Shown: piece after piece, positions 42,067-49,900 of the stretch
Numbering within the stretch: the first letter of the stretch is position 1
How the letters are laid out: each line of letters begins with the position of its first letter
Assembly: GCA_038060895.1 (NCBI GenBank)
Contig: JBBTCT010000007.1
Span: 132,023 to 196,022 of the forward strand
DNA length: 64,000 bases
Direction of reading: 5' to 3'
Source: Planctomycetota bacterium
GTDB taxonomy: Bacteria > Planctomycetota > MHYJ01 > WSZJ01
Notes under the pieces: model-generated
Databases searched by the model: none
Seen by the model: only the letters and a program-made list of their open reading frames with translations
What the model was told of the DNA's origin: nothing
Made by a program: the position numbers and the translations under genes

Positions 42067-44238
42067 CTACTTCTTCGGCCCCAGCTTCGCAACCAGCCAC
42101 CCCCCCTTCTGCTTGTTCGTCATCTCCTTCAGTATGGCCACCGCCTTCTTGCTTCCCACCCTTCCGTTCGAAAGGTCGTACATCACCGCCCTCGCCTTGT
42201 GCGCTCGGTAAATCGACGCGAAGGAATCCAGCACCACCTCCGTCGGCCCGGCAAGCCGGCGCGCGAGCTGCTTGAGCCTTCCCTCGGGCGCTTCGGGCTT
42301 CTCGTCGTTCAGCCTCCGCTCCTGCTCCTCCTCCGCCGGGGCCTTCACTTTTGACAGCGTCTCGTTGATCACGCGCCGCGTGCCGAAGTCCAGGCTCGGG
42401 TTCTCCTCGAGGAACTGCTCGCAACGGCGTCGGACCAGGTCCTTCTCGTAGTCCTCGAAGACCCCGCACTCCTTGAGGTACTGCGTCCCCTTGTCCTGCT
42501 GCCCGGTGTCCCGCGAGCACACCCGGTCCACCGCACGCTCGATGTCGCCGGCGCGCACCCAGCGCTCCGCAAAGTCGAGCCCCGTTCCCTTGATGTTCTG
42601 CACGCCCAGGATGTGCACGCGCGTGTTCGGGGGACACAGCGAGGCAACGTGCCGGATCAGGTCCGCACCCTTGATGTAGTAGTTCTGCACGGTGTGGATC
42701 GAGGACAGGAACCACCCCCGGTACCACACCCGGTGCGCTTCGAGCCAGGCATGAAGACCGCCCGACTGGATCGCGGCCTGAAGCGCCGCCTTGTGCATCG
42801 AGAGGGACACGAACCCGTTTGACGCCTCCGTGATGAAGCGCACTTCCTCGTCGGACGGGGTGATTCCCGGGGCGGCCTGCGAGAGCGCGGCCCGGGTGAG
42901 CGCATCGGCGTCGAGCGGGCAGGCCTCGAGCGCCGGGAGCATCTGTTCTTCGGGCACGGAGAGGACGTCTCCGCAGCGCCACGCGAGTTCCTCCGTGGTG
43001 CGCGAGAGGAAACGGAGGTTGGCGAGATCTCGGGCGAGGACGTTCTCGAGGTAGGTCGCGTGCTCGGCCCGGTCGGCCGGGAGCTCGAGCCGGGCGAGGC
43101 GGGCGCTGAGCGCTTCCTCGATGTAGCCGTTCAGGCCGTTGAGGTTGGAGCCGATGAGGACGAATTTATGGCCGGCGAGGTCGTCGACGACGATGGAAGC
43201 GAAGACTTTCGAGCGGGGGACGCGATCGGCGCGGTTGTTGACGACCATGACGGTCCAGTCGCGGCGGTCGCCGTTGGGGTTGTCGAGCTTGAGGCGGCGC
43301 CAGTTGTTCATGGTGCCGGCGCGTTCGTTGGCGGAGCAGCCGTTGGAGAAGCGCAGGCGGCGGCCGCCGGCGATGTGGACTTCTGGGTAGGTCTTGAGGA
43401 CGCCGAGGTCGGGGACGACGTGGTCGGCGATTTCCTTGATGAGGAAGCCGTCGTCGATGCCCATTTCGTGGCCGAGCTGGAACGCGAGCATGAGGTTCTT
43501 GGGGTGGACGTTGTAGGGGAAGCGCTCGAGGACGTCGGGGGTGAGGAGGTCGGCGAGCTCGGTCGCGGGTTCGATGAGGCGCGAGCCGCGCTTCCGCGCG
43601 AACTCGCGGAGGACCGGCTGGAAATTTCCCTCGGTGTGGATGACGGTGGCGCCGATGCCGATGAAGTTGGAAATGGCTTCGGAGACTTCGAACCCGGACG
43701 GTCCCTGGATGTCTTCGTGGTCGGGGTAGGTGTTGGTGATCGTTGAGATGTCGTCGGTCATCCACGACTGCTGCAGGATGCGCACGTAGTCGGCCTGAAG
43801 CGCCATGCATTCCCAGAGCATGACGTCGGCTTCCATGTTGGCGGCGACCTGGAGGACGGCGGTCTGCTCCCAGATCGTGGCCTTGTCGTGAGGGCGGAAG
43901 AGGTAGAACTCGCGCGACTCCTCGTAGTCGTGGGCGGTCACGAACATGGCTTCGCATCCGGTCGATTTGGAAAGCAACCGGTAGCCGAGTGCGTTGAACA
44001 GTGCGGCCTTCTTGCGTTCGGTCCCGGACTTTCCTCGCGTCCCCCAGCCGCCGACGACGAGGGGGATTTTCATCCGGGCGCGCCGCGCGCGGAACTGCCG
44101 CCAGGAAAAGAAGAAAGCGATCCACGCCACGACGAGGAGGACGAGGAAGGCGAGCTGCAGGAGGTTGTTGCCGGCGGGGCTGAACCAGAGTTCGCTCCAG
44201 TCGCGCCAGGATTCGAGGAAGCGGTCGAGGAGGTTCAT
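42067..44238 (-). CDS. pgsB: Poly-gamma-glutamate synthase PgsB/CapB-like Mur-ligase-family protein with a helical insertion
   Basis: N-terminal TM; GWGTRGKSGT, SKSTG, ATIWEQ, WECMALQADY, ITNTYPDHEDIQGP, FSNGCSANE, NNRADRVPRS and GVQNIKG in PgsB order. Confidence 0.8.
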   Translation of the reverse strand: MNLLDRFLESWRDWSELWFSPAGNNLLQLAFLVLLVVAWIAFFFSWRQFRARRARMKIPLVVGGWGTRGKSGTERKKAALFNALGYRLLSKSTGCEAMFVTAHDYEESREFYLFRPHDKATIWEQTAVLQVAANMEADVMLWECMALQADYVRILQQSWMTDDISTITNTYPDHEDIQGPSGFEVSEAISNFIGIGATVIHTEGNFQPVLREFARKRGSRLIEPATELADLLTPDVLERFPYNVHPKNLMLAFQLGHEMGIDDGFLIKEIADHVVPDLGVLKTYPEVHIAGGRRLRFSNGCSANERAGTMNNWRRLKLDNPNGDRRDWTVMVVNNRADRVPRSKVFASIVVDDLAGHKFVLIGSNLNGLNGYIEEALSARLARLELPADRAEHATYLENVLARDLANLRFLSRTTEELAWRCGDVLSVPEEQMLPALEACPLDADALTRAALSQAAPGITPSDEEVRFITEASNGFVSLSMHKAALQAAIQSGGLHAWLEAHRVWYRGWFLSSIHTVQNYYIKGADLIRHVASLCPPNTRVHILGVQNIKGTGLDFAERWVRAGDIERAVDRVCSRDTGQQDKGTQYLKECGVFEDYEKDLVRRRCEQFLEENPSLDFGTRRVINETLSKVKAPAEEEQERRLNDEKPEAPEGRLKQLARRLAGPTEVVLDSFASIYRAHKARAVMYDLSNGRVGSKKAVAILKEMTNKQKGGWLVAKLGPKK

Positions 44239-46907
44239 GTGAGGAACTCGCCTCCCTCCGAACCCGGCGGCGGGGGTGGCGGTATGACAAAGTCGTCGCC
44301 TTTCCCCTCTCCCTTTCCCTTTCCCTCTTCGTCTTCTTCCCCCGCCGGCGGCAGAATCGGCAGCTCCCCCGTCAATTCATCCAGCGGATCCCGCACCGGC
44401 GGCGTCGCCGCAGGCACGTCGTCCCACGAGTCGAGCGCCGAAGCGACTTCGTCCACCGCACTTTTGCGCTCCAGCGGAGGAAGCACCAGCGGCTCTTCGG
44501 CAAGTTCCGCCGGGATTTCCGCAGTGGGGGCCGGAAGAGCCATCAGGTCATCCAGAGGATCGCGCGCGGGTGCTTCAGGAGGCGGCGCCGACAGTTCATC
44601 CAGCGGATCGCTGGGCGGAGCCTCCTGCGCCAGTCCCTCCGCCGTGAATTCCTGCGCCACGGGTCCCTCGGACTCGGCGCGATACGCCGGCGGCGCTTCG
44701 TCCCCCTCCGGCGGCGGCGGCGAAAACCCTTCGATCCCCGCCCCTTCCCCGCCCGCCGCGAACGGGTCGGGCTCCGGCGGGACCACCGGGAAATCAGGGA
44801 CCGGCCCTTCCGCCACTGGCGCGGCCTCCGAGATAGGGGCCGCGTATGTGAAATACGGCGCGGCCAGCGACAGCTCCAGCGGAGGGTTCGGGCGGAATTC
44901 GACCTTGAAGCCCATCGCGCGCAGCTTCTCGATGTACGCATTCGGCGGCGCTTCCGGATTTCCATAGCGGGCCTGTTCCCGGAGAGCCGCGAGCGCAGCG
45001 TAGCTCTTCGCCATCCGCCATCGCAGCTTCCATCGCGACTTGCGTCCCGCCGGCGGCTCAATGGTGACGATTCCCTCGCTCGAATAGACCTGGCAGGGGC
45101 CGAACTCCAGGGAATCGAGGAAGTCGTCGGGCAGGGGGAGGAAGCGCCGCCACCCGCCCTCGGCGCCCATCTGGATCGGCTCGCCTGGAACTTTCGTCGG
45201 CGATTCTTCCGCAAGTCCCCACGCGTGGGCGCGGATCGTCCCCTCGTAGCGCCGCCCGCGGACGTGCGAAATCGCCTGCCGTTTGTCGGGCGCGGGATTC
45301 AGCGTCTCGTGAATCCAGCGCCACAGCCGCCAGCGCTTCTGGTGCCCCACCGTCACGCGCCAGCCCTTCCCGCGCCGAAGGGCATACAACCCGTAGTGTT
45401 TTCGCGAAAGCCAGGCGAGGAAGCGCCCGAGGACTTCGTCGGTAACCGCGGGATCGTCGCCGGCGAGGTCGACCTGGTCTTCGCGGTTGCTTTCGTTCAG
45501 CAGGGGGACGACCTGGTCGCGGAACGCGGCGAATCCTGGAAGAGCGGCGACGCGGACGCGCTCGAGGAGGTCCTCGAGCTGGCCGCGAACGGGGAGCGAC
45601 CACCCCTTGGCGACGGCCTTCTCGAGCAGTTCGAGCGCGAACTGTTCGGCGACTTTCGAGTCGAGCTGGCCGAACCCGACGAGCTGCTCGAGGACGATGC
45701 CGGCGTGCTTCATGGCGACGGCCAGCGGCAGACCCTCCGTTTCCCGCTCGAAGAACAGGCGCCATTCCTGAAGCGCAATGTCGGCGCCGCGAGGAAGCAT
45801 GGCCCACCGGGCGAGCACGAGGTTGACGGCGGCGCGGACCTCGGGGACCGGATCCCATTCCTCGCGCATCAGGACATGTTCGCGGAGGACGGGCCACGCG
45901 TTTTCCGGGTCGCGGTTGCCGAGCGCAAGGATGGCACCCTGCCGGACGTGCGGGCTCGGGTCCGGTCCCATCATGGCGGACTGGATGAGCTCCATCGAGC
46001 CGGCTTCGTCGAGAACTTCGTGGGCCTTTTCGACGAGGAAGCGGCGGACGAAGATGTCGTCCTTGATCTTCGGGTCGGGCGAGCGGAGGCGCTGGCGTGC
46101 GAGTCGAATGGCGTCCTGCGGGCTCGCGAGCAGCCAGGCGTAAAGCGCGCCGCACTGCACCCAGACGTCCGCCCACGGATTCTGCGCCCGGACCGCGAGC
46201 GCATGCAGGATCGCGGGGTCGATCACGACTCCCTTCTTCGGATTCTTGTGAGCCTTCAGGATCGCCACGACCGCGTCGATCCACTCGCGCTCGAGATGAA
46301 TAGGAAGCCGCTGCGCGATCTCGCGCTGGAAAATGTCCGTGAATCCCGTCCGCTCCATGACGTCGGCCGCCGTCCGGCCCCGGTCCGGGCCGCACCGCGC
46401 CAGCGCGCGCGCCGACAGGAAGACGAGCGTCTGCTGGAAGCGCCTCGCCCCGCGCTGCGCCCTCCGCGCGATCTCCAGGATCGCTTCCCAGTCCATGAAA
46501 CGCTTGAACGCCGCCTGGTCGCCCCGGATCTGCGCGGGGGTGCGCCGAAGAAAGCGACAGGTGTCGAGATAGATCGCTTCCCGATCGATGTGGGACGACG
46601 CGAAGCGGAGCGCGGCTTCCTGGATGCCGAGATGAGACTCGATCTCCTGCACCCGGTTTTCTGCGAGGTCGATGCATTTGACGGATCCCGCCACCAGCGC
46701 GAGATACGGGTCGCGCTTCTGGAACGCTTCGAGCCTCGGAACGATATTGCGCACGGCTTTTGTCGCGCGGGCCAGGTGTTTCGTCATGAGCTTGCGCATG
46801 ATCGGCGGCACGGGGCGCAGGACTTCCTCGAGGACGGCGTCGAGCGCCGGGCCGCTGATGGTCCGGGTATCGGGCCCTTTCGGGACGACCTTGGTTACGG
46901 TCGCCAT
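44235..46907 (-). CDS. Large HEAT/ARM-repeat-like protein with an acidic Pro/Glu-rich tail
   Basis: DPSPHVRQGAILAL, DPVPEVRAAVNLVL, DDIFVRR; overlaps both neighbours; about 890 aa from MATVTK. Confidence 0.65.
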   Translation of the reverse strand: MATVTKVVPKGPDTRTISGPALDAVLEEVLRPVPPIMRKLMTKHLARATKAVRNIVPRLEAFQKRDPYLALVAGSVKCIDLAENRVQEIESHLGIQEAALRFASSHIDREAIYLDTCRFLRRTPAQIRGDQAAFKRFMDWEAILEIARRAQRGARRFQQTLVFLSARALARCGPDRGRTAADVMERTGFTDIFQREIAQRLPIHLEREWIDAVVAILKAHKNPKKGVVIDPAILHALAVRAQNPWADVWVQCGALYAWLLASPQDAIRLARQRLRSPDPKIKDDIFVRRFLVEKAHEVLDEAGSMELIQSAMMGPDPSPHVRQGAILALGNRDPENAWPVLREHVLMREEWDPVPEVRAAVNLVLARWAMLPRGADIALQEWRLFFERETEGLPLAVAMKHAGIVLEQLVGFGQLDSKVAEQFALELLEKAVAKGWSLPVRGQLEDLLERVRVAALPGFAAFRDQVVPLLNESNREDQVDLAGDDPAVTDEVLGRFLAWLSRKHYGLYALRRGKGWRVTVGHQKRWRLWRWIHETLNPAPDKRQAISHVRGRRYEGTIRAHAWGLAEESPTKVPGEPIQMGAEGGWRRFLPLPDDFLDSLEFGPCQVYSSEGIVTIEPPAGRKSRWKLRWRMAKSYAALAALREQARYGNPEAPPNAYIEKLRAMGFKVEFRPNPPLELSLAAPYFTYAAPISEAAPVAEGPVPDFPVVPPEPDPFAAGGEGAGIEGFSPPPPEGDEAPPAYRAESEGPVAQEFTAEGLAQEAPPSDPLDELSAPPPEAPARDPLDDLMALPAPTAEIPAELAEEPLVLPPLERKSAVDEVASALDSWDDVPAATPPVRDPLDELTGELPILPPAGEEDEEGKGKGEGKGDDFVIPPPPPPGSEGGEFLT

Positions 46908-49900
46908 GGGGACCGCGCCTGCTGGTAGTCGCCGAAGCGGACCGACTCGGGATCGACGTGGTCGAGGCGGTCTCCGGAGCGGCCGCCGAAGCGGAAGATC
47001 AGGGTGAAGTGGGCCTCGCGCCCGTGGGTATCGGGAGACCAGCGGAATCCGGCTTGCGCGGACATCCATGTGCCGGGGCCGAGCCAGCGTTCGTAAGCGG
47101 TGGTGATTCCGATGCCCCTCTCGGAAGCGCGACGCGAGCGGAAGGCGTCGTCGATGCGGATGACGCGATCGAGCTCGAGCTCGACGAAAAAGTTCTCGTA
47201 ATGCGCGCCGGCCGTCACGCCGTAGGTGTAGCGGTCGGGCTCCCACGGCTTGAGAGTCGGCTCGGACCTTGTCGCAGCCTGCATGTCCACGTACACATTT
47301 TGCCACGGGATGGCGCGCAGACGGCCCTCGAACTGGAGCCAGCGATCGTGGTCCGTGCGGTAGCTCGTGTAGACCAGCGGGTGCTCGGGACGGCGGACGA
47401 TGCCGCTGTCCTTGAGCGAGGACCACCAGTAGTTGAAGTGGCCCGCGGCGAAGAAGATCCACTGTTCGTGAAGCTGAAGCCGCCATCGCAGGCGGATGTC
47501 GGATTCCCAGGAGTAGCCGTAGTAGCCGCCGAGATTTTGCCCCGCATAGTCGAGGTCGATCCGGTAATCGAGGTCGGGGACGTCGAGAAAGTAATGGTGA
47601 AAGCGGATCTGCGCGCCGTGAACAGGTGAGAACCCGCTCTCCTTGAGAGCGTACGCCGTCAGCCGCGTGTAGATCGGCGTCTCGAACGCCTTCCAGTGAA
47701 CGCGTACCCCGCTGCGGATCTCGTTGCGCTCGGAGTCCTCGTTGTACGCCAGGCTTCCCGCATTCCGCAGGAATCCCTCCACGTAGGTCTCCACCATCCC
47801 CGGATACTCCACCAGCCGCCACGACTCCCGCCTCCCGGGCGCCGGGGCAGGAAGCACGTCCGGCGCGGGGGGCGCTTCCGCCTCCCCGGCGATTTCTCCC
47901 TGAGGCGGCTGAAGCGGGACCATCCGGGCGAGCGCCGCACCGTCCACCGACCGGACCGAGAGCCGCACGAATGCTTCGCGCTCGAGTTCAAAGTCCGCGA
48001 ACGCCGCGCCGGCCCGGGGGACGCCCTGCAGAAGCGTCCGCTGGATCGTGGCGGGTTCGGCCGTCCATTGCCCCGGGTCGTCGGTCGCGGCGAGGTCCGT
48101 CGCATCCCAGGTTTCCATGCGCGCCAGCGTCGGCCCGCGCACTTCGAACGACCTCTTCCCCGCCGGCGCCCGATACAGCAGCCCGTTGCGTTCGGGCCGC
48201 ACCGGCTTCAGGCCGTCCGGCGTCTCGACGAGCAGCCGGGCGCGCGCGCGCACGCGGGCGAGCGGCCGGTCCGCGGCGACGCGGATCGAGACGAGCGATT
48301 CCTTCGTGGAGCCGGCCGGAAGCGTCAGCCTCTTCCCGGATTCGAGCGGCCCGGCGGAAACGACGGCGCCGTCCCGCTCGAGCTGGTAGGCGATGGCAGC
48401 GCCGGCGACGTCGCAGGCGGCGACGAGCTCGACGTGAAGCGACGCTTCGGCATCGGACCGGTGATGCCACTCGACGAAGTCCTCGTTGTCGAAGAGGACG
48501 GTGGCGGTTTCCCCGGGGAAGGGGAAAAAGAGGGCGTTGGAGACGGCGATGGCGGGGTCGTCGGGGAGGTCCTGGGAGATGCGGACTCGGCGGAATTCCG
48601 GGAGGTCGGCGGACAGGTCCACGCCGGTCCAGCGGGTGAGGATGCGCGCGAGGTCGTGGTTCGACTGCCAGTGAGGATTGCCGAGGCCGTCGGCGTGGGA
48701 CTTGAGGTAGAGGTCGAGCGCGCGTACGACCCACTCGGGTTCGGAACCGGGAACGCGGGTCAGGACGGCAAAGAGCAGGTCGTCGCCGAGGGCGGTGAGG
48801 GCCTCGGTGTATTCGGCGCGGCCGAAGCGCGGCGACGCGCCCGCCTTGCGGGCGGCGTCGAGCCGGCGCTTGAGATCGGCGACGAGGGGCGACTTCGGAT
48901 CCGGCGCGAACGCCGGAAAGTCGAGCGGCGGAGGGAATGGAACGCCGGCGGGGCGGGCGCCGGCGCGAGCATCCCAGGCCATCCAGACGGGGCCGGCCAG
49001 GCGGCGGACGGAGAGAAATCCGGCGCCGCTGACCAGCCGGATCTTCACGCGCGACTGCCCGGCCGGCGCGATCACGCGCCACGCGTCCACCTTGCCGGGC
49101 GCGGCCCACGGAAGGCGTTCGCACGTGACATTCGCCGCGGGCAGGCTCGCCAGCACGTCGTGCGTCGGAATCCCGGGAAGCCCCTCGACCACGATCCGCG
49201 CCGGCGGCGCGTCGCGGCGCGCGATCCCGCCCTCCACCGCGTGCGCCGAACGCCAGTTGAACTCGTACACCTCGGGGCCGGGAAGCGCGAGCGACAGTTC
49301 GGCCCCCTCGGTCATCCACGTCGCCTCCCACGCGCCGTACCGGCCGGAAATGCGCACGACAGGCGGCGTCGCCAGCACTTCGTCACTGCGCAGGTCCCGC
49401 GCGCGCTCGAGCGGCGCCAGCACGCCGCGCGGCGGCGGCCAGTCCGCCGTGCCGGCATACGGAATCACGAGCCGTGCTTCCAGCGCCCAATCGGCGAAGC
49501 GCGCCCCGCGGCCGAACAGGTAGCGGGAGGCGGAAAGAATGGCTTCGCTCTCGCAGCGCTCTGCAATCCTGGCGAGCGCGGGGCCGACTTCGGTGGCGGG
49601 ATCGAGCCTGCGAAGCCGCAGGAGATCGGTCATGACGGCCATGAGCGGGTCCGCGGGCTCGCCCGCCGGCGCCGGCTCGTCGATCGCCACCGCGACGAGC
49701 CGCTCGAGATCGGTCGAGGCGTCCTCCGGCTCGAGCCGCGCCTGCCGGAACCACGCGCGCGCGGCCGCGAGGTCGTCCGTACCCAGCGACGCGACCGAAG
49801 CGAGAAGGAAGAGTTCCCGCGACCGGCCGCCGGCGCGGATGATGGTCTCGACGCGCGCGCGCAGCTCCAGATCGTCGCCCGCGCGGAACGCGACGACCGC

